Positions 11,163-24,116 of a stretch of DNA of 64,000 nt are shown in pieces. Position 1 is the stretch's first letter, and every line of letters starts with the position of its first letter. The position numbers and the translations under genes were made by a program. The stretch is from positions 7,440,001 to 7,504,000 of the forward strand of contig CP110439.1 in the NCBI GenBank assembly GCA_026914245.1, read 5' to 3'. The DNA is from Puccinia triticina (lineage: Eukaryota). The notes under the pieces were generated by a model. The model was given only the letters and a program-made list of their open reading frames with translations. It did no database searches and was not told the origin of the DNA.

Positions 11163-12643
11163 ATGCGAATCACAGCATCTATCGTCCTATGCCTGTCTTT
11201 TTTCATCTGTCAACTGGCAGAGAGCACACAAGCAATGGATGAATTACTCGAGGAAATCTGCACTTCCAAGGCCGTTGCCCGCTCCACAGCGCCAACTGAG
11301 GACGCCTCGTTTTCCTACTGGAAAGGTAAAATAACCCCACTTTTACGCAATATCTACTCCCATACATTTTCCTCTCTCCGTTCTCTTCGCGCTGCAAATG
11401 CTGGAGGACCAGCTGATCTGCATTGTGCGACTAAAACAACTGATACAAGACTTGTTTTTTTACCACCCAAACCTTCGAGACGGGATTCAGGTAGGCTTCG
11501 AGATCGTTCAACATTTCAGTCCAAATTGGACATCATGGACTTCCAAGAACCCTACTGATTCTCATAGTTTTCACCGATGTCTCTCTGTCTTGTATTACAA
11601 ACTCAAGATGCAGATGCGAGAACGGGTGAGTTCTAATTCATCTCTTTGATTGGGTTCCCGTTCCAGGCTTCCAACTGAGTCAAAGCCTCCTTAGCGTCGA
11701 GTGATGAGGAGTTAATCCGCGTAGGTGCGAAGCCTCCACCCTACCCCAAATTGCCAGGTAAAATAACCCCACTCTGAAGTATTTTCCTCTTTTGGCGCTC
11801 TTTAAAGCTGGATAACCAGTTCTTGATTGTCTTGCTAAACCTGAACTGACACAAAATTTGCATTTTGACAGTGAATTATCTAGAACAGTCACTTTCACGT
11901 AGGCCTCGAGATTGCTCAACATTTCACTCCAATCCGGACATCATGAATTATCAAGAACCCTACTGATTCTCGTGATTCTCCCCGATGTCTCTCTATCTAG
12001 TATTACACGTTTCTGAAGATTCAAAAGGGGCTGCAAAGCCTCTGAATAATCACCGCGGAAAGCGCGTCCATCAAAGAGGTTTGTCTTACTATCAAATCTA
12101 TCTTCCTGGTAATATTCATGGTATCTTCACTGACCCTACATCTTTCCCGAATCAGATTACTCTTTTCCGTTCAAATATTTGAAAACAAAAACAGGTTTGT
12201 AGAATGAGATATCGTTTACACCGATCCACGCCTGAACCCATTGATGTTGACTTCCGGCCATCACTGAATTCTCAGAAACAGGCGATGAGGAAGCGTATGA
12301 CGAAATCCTCAAGACAAATTCCGAGATTCAACTTGCATTGGGAACACTCGGGAAGCCTCCAAGCCAAATACGCCCCAAGGCCCTCAAGCCTCTCACTGCG
12401 GATTTCCAATCTGCATCGCCTCACAAGAGGGTGGCAGTCCTGGCTGTCTTTTATCAACTGTTCATGTGCCGGGACCATCGGCTCAATCCGCATGTTTACA
12501 AAGAGTTTTGGAACCTTCGGCAGTATCTCACAGAGCGCGAGGACTTCTTGTTCAGGTACACTGCAGAAGGATTCGATGTTGGCCTAGGACCTGGCCTAGG
12601 AACCCCGAAACCCCGCACAAATTGGTGGCACCCAAAATCCTGA
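11163..12643 (+). CDS. Putative multi-exon secreted protein gene (exon structure uncertain, possibly degenerate)
   Basis: Signal-peptide-like MRITASIVLCLSFFICQLAESTQA followed by a GTAAAA donor; plausible last exon from about 12276 (GDEEAYDEILK...LFRYTAEG); internal duplication with a period of about 430 bp. Confidence 0.45.
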
Positions 12644-12923
12644 AATTTGCAGAAATTCATACATTTGCATAGCCCATTCATACACGTTTCGTGCATACAC
12701 TCAGAGGATTTCCAAAATTTTCATACATTTGGCTCCCCTCATAAATTCATACATTTCTGGTTACTGCCCTCCCTTCCCTGAGGAAAATTTTATACATCTG
12801 AGGTGCCTACCCTTAATTGCAAAAAAGGCCATTCATACAATTTTTGTGCGTACCATGTCGCCATTTGGCCAGGAAATTCATACATTTTGGTGGCACCCAT
12901 TTACAGGGGGTTGCCAGGGTCTT
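12598..12923. mobile_element. Degenerate MITE-like element with TTCATACATT repeats
   Basis: Imperfect terminal inverted repeats of about 40 bp and about 7 copies of (A)TTCATACA(TT); TSD not resolved. Confidence 0.4.
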
Positions 12924-13850
12924 GTTGGCCCCCTTGTTGAACCTCAACCAACACCCTGCCGCCAACAAGCCAAAAAAATCCCCGGCGGGGGTTCAACTGC
13001 AAGACCACCGCGTGAGAGACATTTAGTCATCACTCAATCCGCGGTGGGGAATCCTCTTTGGCCCCTTGAAAGCACCCACATTTCTACACGGCAGTTGCAT
13101 GAATTAAGGTTTTGGTTGGCAATCTGACGTGAGGGGCCAAGTATTGGTCGGCTTGACTGGTCAGCTACCAGCCCCCGCGTCAGCCGTCAAATTGACAGCC
13201 AAATAGCCAGCCCACCCGCCGGCACTTGAATTCTGGCAACTCAATGTTAACTTCATGTTAACTTGCCTGTGTCATTTTGCCGACAATCAACGTTGACCAA
13301 AAATCTGCCGGCCGTCAAGGGCAAGCAAAATTCTAAGTCCCCCATCCCCTCCTTACCTGGACTCACCACCGCACCTTGCTCTCACCCCCCACCACCACTC
13401 CTCACCCCCACCCTCATCACCTCTACTAATCCACGCCATCTCGCCTCATCACTTCAAGCAAACCTCACCATCTCGCCGTCGCAATGACTACCCGGTCCAA
13501 CCTGGACGAGTCTGTACGAGTGGCCAAGGCCGGGCTCGGATGGGTCGTCAGCAAGGAACGGAGCGGGTTCGTCGGCAAGGACCGCACTTAGATAGTTGTT
13601 AGTTCTACCACCGTTACAAAATAAACATGTAAATAGAAATCTTGCCAACCAACAAAAAAATCTCGCGGACCCAGTTGAGACAACGGGAAAATCTCCCCAT
13701 TGTTGGTTTGATGATCATCAAACCCCGCTGCCACTGTCCCTGTCCTCCTGTTGGATGATCTTCATTCAACACCAAGAACTGGACAACTGGACAGTTCCTT
13801 ATAATCCCCCTTTCCCGTCCTCCATCCCTCCTTTTCCATTCCCCACCAAC

Positions 13851-14811
13851 ATGGCCATAACCAAATCAATCTCAGTTGAAATCAAGTACAATCTCTGGCT
13901 GTGCGACAACACATTACAGCTTGCCGCACCTGAGAAGATACCAGCTGAATGGCCTTGTGAGCCTTCATCATTTGTGCAGATCACCAATCACTCCTGCCGG
14001 TGTGTTTGGTTCAAGAACGCAGTTCTCAGCAACCTCGATTCAACCCGGGATGATTTCAAATTGGGTGGCATACTCAACAAAGAAGATGCCCTTGGCTGAC
14101 TCGCTTGGGTTGGCCAAATAATAAAACCCAGTGAGAGGATCAGTAGGTACCCGTTTCCAGACCGCTACCCAATTTTCCGCCGATGTATGCTGCAGATGCC
14201 AATGGGCGCCAGGGCCGCGGTACGGATCAAGGGGTCTGATGCATACCTTGAAAGTTTCTAAAAAGTTGAAGTGAGTGATGGATGCTCCCATTCTGCTCGG
14301 CATCCCACCACCACCATCAACTGAACTGCATGTTTTCATTCAGGACATCTGGGACGATCTCAGCACAACCGACTTGCAGGCGAGCAAACCACCAACACCA
14401 CATAGCTCGGATGCCAACAGCCCGCCGCGTATTTTGGACGACGCGGACAACCCCGCGCCTCGTTCGGACAACGATTCCAAGACCAATTTGCCATTGGCTC
14501 TTGCCAAGGGGCCAGTGGAGGGTTTTGTGGCTGTTGGAGACCCGGTTCCTAGAGACATCCCTCCTGCCAAGCGCCAACGCTTGCACCAGGCTGATTTCAA
14601 TCTGTCAATGGAGCAGTTTTTTCTCATTTCACATCTCAAAGGAAATGAAAAACACACTATTTCCATAATTAAAAAACACTCTATCTACCACTGGTCTGCC
14701 TTCAAAGGCATGACTGCGCAGGATCTCATGGATGCTGGATTTAAACTGGGCCCAGCTCATTTGATAGTTTTAGGTGTAGCCTCTGCTGTTGCGCAGCTTG
14801 AACATAACTGA
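13851..14811 (+). pseudogene. Transposon-borne accessory gene with a C-terminal SAM-like helical segment (frameshifted)
   Basis: MAITKSISVEIKYNLW... in ORF 13596-14099 continues after a disruption into ORF 14275-14811, ending HWSAFKGMTAQDLMDAGFKLGPAHLI. The SAM-like call is inference. Confidence 0.55.
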
Positions 14812-15154
14812 TCTGTATACTTGTTCTCCTATTCATCTACTGTTTATTCTTTTGTCCACCTGCAAATGTAACTTGTCTGTCTCAACCATTGAACTTCTTG
14901 AACTGCTCACCTGTGTCACCTGCAGCCAATCTGACATATGAGGACTCACTGGGTTAAAGGAGCTGTAATCCTACACTAAAACTGTGCCGGTACTACACCC
15001 AAGACCCAGTGATTTTTTGCTTTAGGATTCTTTCTGCCAATACATATCAAAACTTCTGGAGGATGTCTGAAAACAACTTGTTTAATAACATTTTTGTCTT
15101 CTATCAGCTGTAAACTAAATGAATGAATCTATACTCCATACAAAAAAATATTCT

Positions 15155-15779
15155 TTTTGTTTTGTTTTGTTTTGTTTTGTTTTGTTTTGTTTTGTTTTGT
15201 TTTGTTTTGTTTTGTTTTGTTTTGTTTTGTTTTGTTTTGTTTTGTTTTGTTTTGTTTTGTTTTGTTTTGTTTTGTTTTGTTTTGTTTTGTTTTGTTTTGT
15301 TTTGTTTTGTTTTGTTTTGTTTTGTTTTGTTTTGTTTTGTTTTGTTTTGTTTTGTTTTGTTTTGTTTTGTTTTGTTTTGTTTTGTTTTGTTTTGTTTTGT
15401 TTTGTTTTGTTTTGTTTTGTTTTGTTTTGTTTTGTTTTGTTTTGTTTTGTTTTGTTTTGTTTTGTTTTGTTTTGTTTTGTTTTGTTTTGTTTTGTTTTGT
15501 TTTGTTTTGTTTTGTTTTGTTTTGTTTTGTTTTGTTTTGTTTTGTTTTGTTTTGTTTTGTTTTGTTTTGTTTTGTTTTGTTTTGTTTTGTTTTGTTTTGT
15601 TTTGTTTTGTTTTGTTTTGTTTTGTTTTGTTTTGTTTTGTTTTGTTTTGTTTTGTTTTGTTTTGTTTTGTTTTGTTTTGTTTTGTTTTGTTTTGTTTTGT
15701 TTTGTTTTGTTTTGTTTTGTTTTGTTTTGTTTTGTTTTGTTTTGTTTTGTTTTGTTTTGTTTTGTTTTGTTTTGTTTTG

Positions 15780-15829
<50 letters not shown>
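15155..15829. repeat. Perfect (TTTTG)130 microsatellite followed by T25
   Basis: Read directly: units span 15155-15804 and the T run spans 15805-15829. Confidence 0.99.
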
Positions 15830-15836
<7 letters not shown>

Positions 15837-15928
15837 CACAATACTTGAAATGATTGAAATAGTGAGTATTTGTGAGATCTTTAGTCATTGTGAGGGCCTC
15901 ACCAGTAGGAATTAATACTATTCAACAA

Positions 15929-18900
15929 TCATCTTTGGGATGAGGTTTGATAATTTCCTGCAGGACCACTTGCTCTTGGGTCATACAAAGGATCAAATGT
16001 GCTTGTTTCATGAATTTCTTGCCCCGCCCCCAGGGAATTTCTGGATGGAGAATGGTACATTGAATTTCCTGTGGTGGTGCTGGCTGGGAGCCCATAGAAT
16101 CCACTTGTGCTCTCTGGGGGTGCATAAAATCCACTCCTATTGGCTGGGGTGGCATATAATCCACTCCTGGAGTTTGGTGTATACATTGGTTGCCCCCCCC
16201 CCAAAATTGAACCTCTGGATGAAGATTGATACAATGAATCTCCTATGGTGCCACCCACTGGGGGGGAATTGAATTGAACCAATGGGTTTGATGTGGTACT
16301 TGTTTGAGGATGGTAAATTGGGTTTTCCATTGTGTTTCCTGCTGATAAGGCATGTAATCCTCCAATTGGGTTTGATGCATAGATTGATTCCCTCCCTCCC
16401 AACGAGCTTCTGGATGAAGGACGGTAGATGGGATGGTACATAGTGTGGTCTAATGATGCTGAATTAGTTCTGCCATTGGAGTTTGATGCATACATTGATT
16501 GTCCCCCCTGAAAAGAAATTGTTGATGGGGAACAGTACATGGAACTTCCTGTGGTGCTGACTACTGGGGGAGCTCCATCTTGAATATCAGTATTTGGGCT
16601 GGCCAAAAAGGCTTCTTGGGATGGGAACAAGGCACTCCCAGTAGGTGGCCATGGCTGTGGATGCACGTCTATAATTTGGCCACCACTAGGCAGAGTATAG
16701 AGAACCCTTCTTGCTTTCTGAGGTAAAGACATATTTTGAACCAGATTCATATGGTTAAATTGATTGGGGGCTGGTTGGACTGACTGTACGGAATTGCTTC
16801 TGCTCCTGTGAGGAGTGTTGGGTTGAAGAGGAAATGGTTGGACAGATATGGCAGAATTGCTCCTCCCCCTCTGATTAATGTGAGGTTGAACAGAATTCCT
16901 TGTTGAGTCAATATGCTGGTGTTGATGGAAAAATATTTCTTCTTCTTGGTTGGGCAAAAATTTTTCACTCTTCCATTTTTCTATCCCTTTCCTAATGGCT
17001 TCTGAAAAATCTCTGCCAGGGACTGGCTCAAGTGGCACTCCAGCAAGTCTTCTGTGGGCCTCTGATTCATGAAATGAGCATGAATTCAGAATGTAAGAAT
17101 CAGTTGGTTTGTGGTCCACCATGTATCTTGCAGGATTGCCCTCATGGTTATGATTCACGCGCCTTGAGGTCAATTTGACTTGGCATCCACTGTCATGGCA
17201 GTTGTGCTGTACATTGAGGCAAAAAATGATATCCTGTAATTATGGGTTAGGGTTAGATTTTCCTTTTTTTGAAATGTGATACATTTCAGGCATATTGAAT
17301 TGACATACCTCGGGCAAACAAATATTGTATTTATTGGTCCTGTTAAGGATTCTCATTTGGTAGTAATCAGACACATTTGATTGGTCAAACAAATTAACCT
17401 GCATGCAGTAGATAGGTTTTTTGGGGCCAAGCGCGCTTTTTGATGTTACTTTCCACATTGAATGAATTTGGCATATGTTTCCTGATTTAGTCCTTGGGTT
17501 ATCCACAAATAAAAAATAATCTTTTTGCACACTTCTTTTATCATCCAACTTCATGCAGAATACCTGAGTAATATGCTGGTTGGGATATTTATTCCTAACC
17601 CCCTGCGGAATCTCTAATTTATCTGAGTTATGCAGTCTGGCTTTCAAAACTTCTGGGAACTGACTGCCTGAACCATGAATACTTGAATGAACGTAGCCCA
17701 TGGATTGCTGTATATCTTCCAATTGAAATATACGTTTCAAGTTTGCAGATGCTACAAAATAAAATTTCTTGACATGATTCCAAAGATAAGCACCGGACAA
17801 AATTGCCCTCAGACATTGAAAATTGCTAAATGATATTGCCAAATCTCTTCCAGGATGCTGCCTATTTGAGTGAATGGAAGCATTTCTAAGTATACTGTTG
17901 AAACTCTCAAACTTTTCTGTTGCAAAAAGGCTGGCGGGACCAAAGCGTGCAATAGAGTGTACAAGGTGTATCAGCATATGGAACTTGGGTTTGTTGACCC
18001 ATCTTGCATTGCACTTCATGAGCTGTAATAATAAGTGATCAACCAATATCTCCAATTCTTTGAGATAAACATCCATGTCAGAAATGTGTGTCTGGAAGAC
18101 ATAGGGGGCCATCCTGCACAGTGAACGCCACAATTCTCTTTGCTGTTCATCCATGAACTGAAAGAAAACAAATGGGGCACATTGAAGTATAATCTTGAAG
18201 TCTTTTCCAACCATGCTTTTGTGATGTTTATATAAGTATGCAGCATTTATTTCTGGTAGATCAAGTGAATGGGTGATAAATGATTGCCATGCTCCAAGGA
18301 GATTGTTCACGTGCCGTGGCTTGATAGTATTACTGAGGAAATCTATGGTTATGTATTTGATTATACCCAAGAGGATCACATGCAAAATTTCAACAGGTGT
18401 ATCTTGGCATCCATCAAAACCTGATACAGAATGCAGAAATTGTCAGTGTTAATGTTGGGTCAGAATCAGTGTTAATTCATTTCTTACCCAGCAGGCAAAG
18501 AAACGGGTTGAACAGTTTGTGTTTCTGATACTCATCAAGAGCCATGATCTTACCAACCTCCCCCACCTTCTTCCTATCTTTCAGCATGTCTACAAATGCC
18601 TTATTTATCACATCTTGGACTCCCAAGGCTTTGGATTCATTTATATAATCATCTTTTGAATGATTTACTGCTGTTTCCCACAGTTTATAAGAGCGTTCAA
18701 TGGTCTCATTCCAGTCTCTAAAATCCACAACATCCTATAGTTAATGGAGGTTGTCAGATTCTCAAATAATCATTAAAGAAGTCATCCAGCAGCTACATAC
18801 CCTGTTTCCCAAAGAGTCCATTCCTAAGAACTGATAAATGTAGTCTTCACCTGATTTATCACTCCGCTTTTCCACTCCCAAATGGCAGATGCGGCAGGGG

Positions 18901-21676
18901 TTCAATGAAGCACCAGGCAGAGGAGTGTTGGTAATCTCTGTGTGCATTGGGGAGTCACCTAGGAAGCACATAACCACAGTGCTAACAAGAACTCTTGTTG
19001 CAATTGGCAGTCAAAATCCACACAACCATTTAAAGTCATATCACTGGGGAATAGAAGTAAAATTCATTTATTTTATTCATCAATCTTCACTTCTACCTCT
19101 ACCATGAGATGTAAATTAGAAATCTCACTTCAGTTCATCAACTATTTGATCAGCCAATTCCAATGGCCCGGCTGTGTTAGATGTTGAGAGGAAATGACAG
19201 TTATACTGCTGATTTGATAACTTGGGAGGAAGACCTGCTTGGGTGAAATTGTCAGGGCGGGTCTCTATCGTGGCCGCGCCCTGAATATAAACCTTAGTTA
19301 TATTCTAAGGTTTCAGCTGATCTCAGCTGTCACGACGTCAGTTGGAGCTTGACTTGGCCGCAGCGCAAGGAGGAAAGCCGCGCCTCCGTCTGGAGGGGCT
19401 GGTTGAGCGTATACAACCAAAGTCCTAGGGACTCGTGGAAAGGTTCCTGTCTAGGACAGGGAAGAGAGAAAAAGGGAAAAACCTAGACTTACTTAGTTCG
19501 GGTAAGTCGAGGTTGAGAGCGGAGTCGGAAGTGGAAAGGTGGTGGAAGGTGGATCAGGAAGTAAATGCCCCAATCGTTGTATCTTCGATGCAACAAATAA
19601 GCGGGCTTGGTAACTAATGATCTGGGGAGCTGTTCCTTGGGGACAAGCTCCTCGTACTTATACTCATGTCTTGCGTGGCCAACTTGTGGTTGGCCCGAAG
19701 ATACTTGACATCCCGACGGTTCAGGGAATCTCATATCCTGGGAATCATTGTAGATGATTCCTCAGGGTATACGGAAATGTACTTGCTCTCGCGCCGGCGT
19801 CGGCCCTGCTTGTGAGCCAAGGCTTTTCCTTGGATGCTTCACTCGGAGAGGCGGGGTGAAGAGCCCGTAAGAGGCCCGCGACCCGTTAGCAAGGCTGCGC
19901 TTGGGCGTGGCTTGTTGTCCTCTGCGCTATCTAAGCTAGCAGGAGGCTGACAGAAATAATAACTGATGTGCTTATTCCATTTTTTTGATTGATTTCCTGA
20001 GGTATCATCACAATACAGCGCAATTGGAACATGCCTAATAATTCTATTGCCAGACTTCTTCCGCCATTCGTTTGGCAACTTTATGGCCGATAAAGATCCA
20101 TGATCATCCTCTGAAAAGATACCAAAACAAAAATCATTAATAAATCAGCAAACAATTTCATTAATGTAAGCCCTAGATTAAGAGATCACCCCATAGTGTG
20201 TTGTGGCACACTGATGACAATGATTTATCACCCCACATGCATATTTCAAAATAATTCAATGCAAATTCTTCAAAATCTATGGAGAGCAACTTTGGCGATT
20301 TATATGGCAGGTCACTGGGTATTATCATCTTGAAATCCAGCTGGTGTGACAAACCATCATGATTGGGTTTGACACATTTTGCATACATTTTATCATCCTC
20401 TTTTTGTAAAAGTAGATGGGTACCACCAACTCCCCTGAATGTAACTGGCAGGGCTCATAGATGTAGTAATGCTTTTTGTTTATGGCCACCATTTGTGCAC
20501 GATATTCACGAGAAAGGTCCTCACGCCACTTGTAACTCTGGGACATCTTGTAAATATTTTTACCACCTGAATCTACAGGGTAAAAATCCAGGTATGGGTT
20601 CACATATGGGTTTGCTAGATCCTACAGGATAGAACCCCCAAGTTCAATTAACAGGTGTTGTTAATTACAATGAATACACACTTACTAGGGAAATAATCAC
20701 ACTTACTAGGGAAATAATCACACTTACTAGGGAAATAATCTTCTGTACACTCAAGGAATAGCATTGATTCTTAAATACACTTTCTCTTTGGTTGGGTTGC
20801 ATGTTGAGCATCTCCCTGATTTGGGCCTTAGCCCTCCATAGAGAAGTCCAACAGCGCAGCTTTGTTCCGCAGAGCTCCATGAGTGTGCGGACCTTTTCAT
20901 ATTGCATGTGCAATAGGATGTTATGCATGTAGCCTGTCAGAAGGATTGCAACGAGATGCTGTGCCGCGTGAATTCAAACAAACCCCCCACATCAGCCCCC
21001 TTGACCCCAACAGCCACGTCCGACTTGTCTTTTCATTGAAGTCAGCTCACCAACAAGTCCCTAAAGGGATACCACCCTGGATCGTCTTCCCCATTGTCTT
21101 CCGGCACCTCTTCCGCTCCCTCGTCTTCTCCTCCGCTCCCCTCGTCAACCAGACTCACCGGCTGGAAAATGTCAATCACCTCACACATGTTATGATCATC
21201 TACCTCGCTGTCGCTCCCCCTCTGGCTCTCACACAAATCCGACCAATTGTCCGGGGACACCACGTCAGTATCACACATTTGACTGTCATCTTCAAAACTT
21301 TCATTACGATGTTCTGTTTCTACACCTGCAGGTTTGATATCCTCGATGGGCCTAGAAGGATAGTTTGCGTTGATTTGCCGGGTAATCTCACGCTCAGGGG
21401 TCTTGACGCCGGATATACCAAAACCCGGACGCAAATTTGGCAGAAGGTTAGACAAGTGCATTGGGTGCCTCGCATGTTCATCAGTTGACACCATTGCTTG
21501 TCCACCGCAGAACCTGCAAATCCATTTGGGTCGGATATCATCGGACCCAACTCAGATCAAAAACTAAAAAAGAAGTATCTATAAAGGTAAGTAATTTGGG
21601 ATCACTGCAATCAAAAAATAAGATGCAATTAACCTCTTCTATCTACTTGTACCGCATGACTCTTCCTGATGCTCAT
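15929..21676 (-). pseudogene. Fungal EnSpm/CMC-like DDE transposase, multi-exon, disrupted
   Basis: Motifs IRHVPIALYCDDTSGNQSKKWNKH, FLGDSPMH..CRIC, DTPVEILHVILLGIIKY, KPKFHMLIHL, FATEKFESFNSILR; solo LTR insertion and a frameshift near 20400; low-complexity C-terminal tail. Start position approximate. Confidence 0.85.
19250..19952. mobile_element. Solo LTR (703 bp)
   Basis: TGTCAG...CTGACA ends; 5-bp TSD GAAAT (19245-19249 / 19953-19957). Removing it restores the transposase frame HISYYF|TQAGLPPK. Confidence 0.93.
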
Positions 21677-21921
21677 CTTAGCTGACACACTCTCAGGAGG
21701 GATCACTGTTATCAAAGAAAAGGTCACACCTGCAATCACTGACGCAAGATATATGGGAAGTGCGAACTCAAAAGATTGCAGGGCAGACCACATTTATTTA
21801 AGGCATCTCTCTGACGCCGTTACTGACCCTTGTTCCCCAGCTTAAACCAGAAAGCCTAGCTGTGACGTGTTACATAGATCACCCGGCCTTTTCTGCTTTT
21901 GTAGTGTTTTGTTTAGCAAGT

Positions 21922-23945
21922 ATGCAACAATCTGTATCCGCAAATGTTTTACCGGGCGCCTCTCCGTTCCAAGCCATCATGGTCGATGAAGGCAATCATG
22001 AACCGATTCAGCCTGCCTCCCAGTCCACAGCCAACATCGTTTTTGAAGGTGATCAGGGCCCACCTCACCCGGGGCGTGCCACTTGATCTAAGCAACCTCG
22101 CCCGCCCAGCAGCCAGGGTGTTGTGCGTACACCTTGAGTTGTCCCTGCAGGTTAGATCATCCCCTTGTGTTAACTCAAGTCAAAGGATGTATGAAACTGA
22201 CAAAACTGACATCTTACCATTGTAGGCCAAACAAACCGTGCCTCCAGTATAACCCCAAACCAGGTTGTAACTGGGTTGGGCGGAGCATCAAGAGGTAAGT
22301 CAAGTCTCCTATTGATCTGTATGGTTTCAGAAATGTTGCTGAAACCACATCAGATCCCCATATTCAGGTGCCCATCATCCCCGCCATCCCACCGCAAGCG
22401 CCGGTCATCACACCCCATCAAATCATCCACAGTAGAGGTGGGTCCCGAGGTGAGTATTTCTTTTGGAATCATCCACGCATTCCAACTCCGATTCCCCTTG
22501 TTTGTTTCATAGATCATAGTTGTCTGCCAACCATAACTCCGAGTTGGGTCATAGGGGACAGCCCAACCCTAACCCCAATCATTACACCCAGTCGGGTGAT
22601 TGGGGACAGCCCGATTCCGCCACCCGACCCAATGTCTGAAGACAAAGAACTGCTTGGAGGCTATAGTGTGGAGGGTAGTATGGATGGCTTCATCCGCCCG
22701 CCGCCGCCCCGCGGTCTCCCAAATAATGGCGGCCATCTTCCTCGTCCTCTTCCGCAAACACTGCCCACGGTTGTCCACCCCCCAGCCCCAGCCCCACCTC
22801 GCCAAGCTCCACCGGTGCCTATTGGGGATCATCTAGTGGAATCCCTCCTTGCCTTGGCTCAGTTATTGGATGCCAACATACAGCTGACCTGTCAGCTCTT
22901 TAATGTAAGTTCATTTTTCAAAGCAAGTTGCTGCACGCTGACATGAGCATTTAACATTGTTTTTAGGCACCAGAGCAAACTCAATGGAGAATCCAGGTTA
23001 TTATGTTCATGTGGATGCGCCAATTGTCCCCCCCTGCAACGATCCCTGCTCCTGTAGCTGCAAACGGGGCCACCGGCCATGTGTACAGTACAGTTCTCCG
23101 GGTACGTTAACTTCCCCGTTTATGTATCCAAGAAGCTGATTGAACATGATTCCTCCTTGCAACCAGACCAGAGTCCGTCAGAAGATCCGGGAAATCCTCA
23201 TGCGGAGTACCTTGGAATCTTACAGCCGGGCTCAATCTGTAGACGGGCACTTATATGTACATTCCCCTCTCCCATTAGTGAAAGTAAGTTTTGTGGCCTC
23301 TTTCCTGTCCCATGGAGCTTGACTGACATTATTTGTAGAGCTTCATACTTGAACAGTCCCCGGTATTCAGGAGGACATATCTCCCTCCTGGGCTCCCAAA
23401 CAACCACGAATCCATGACGAGCTTGGTAACCTTCTTGCGTGCCATGCTCAAGCATGAGAGGACTCATATGCGCAATGTGGTAAGTTTTTTTTCTTTTTTT
23501 GTAGCTTGTTGTTTGGTCTCCTGACTTGGGATATTATGCGCTGCCTTTGGCAGCTTTTGAGTAACATCCGGCAAGACGCCCGACCACAAGAGCATGGGAC
23601 CTGTGCCCAAACTATTCGACCTTATCGTTCTTCTGGATTGAGCGTTCCAGCCCAGGAACGCTCTGCGATCGGCCGCTGAAATACAAGCCGACCTCAACCC
23701 CGCAGTCATGGTCAGATTGGCCTTGCTCCGATTGTGTACCATTCATCATCTCTTGCATCGAGCGCCTGGGGACAGCCGGTCGCAATGGGATCTCATTGAT
23801 GACCAGCTCGAGTCAATCAGGGAAAAGTCTTTTCTTGAAACGCATGCGTAAGTTCTCACCATATATTAATTAGCCCTCCATATTTAAGCTGACTTAATTC
23901 CTTGCTTCAGACAAGCTATCTTAATTTTGCGTTGCGATCGACTTC
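21922..23945 (+). pseudogene. Second accessory gene of the EnSpm-like element, divergent from the transposase
   Basis: Multi-exon GT-AG structure; Pro-rich N-terminal half, then RVRQKIREILM, FLRAMLKHERTHMRN, RLALLRL...SQWDLIDDQL; in-frame TGA stops and a frameshift. Confidence 0.65.
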
Positions 23946-24077
23946 TCAACAGAGAAGCAGCCCTTACCGAGTAGCATGGCTTTTCCCTTTTCATTCGTGA
24001 CGCTTTGTTTTTTCCATCTCTCTCTCTCTTTGCCGCTCTCGGTTCTCTTCCCACTCTCGGTTCTCTTCCCAGATTGT

Positions 24078-24116
<39 letters not shown>

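Noticed and set aside
15104..15915. Five ORFs of 240-260 aa (KQNKT / FCFVL repeats)
   Set aside because: They are translations of the stop-free (TTTTG)n microsatellite.
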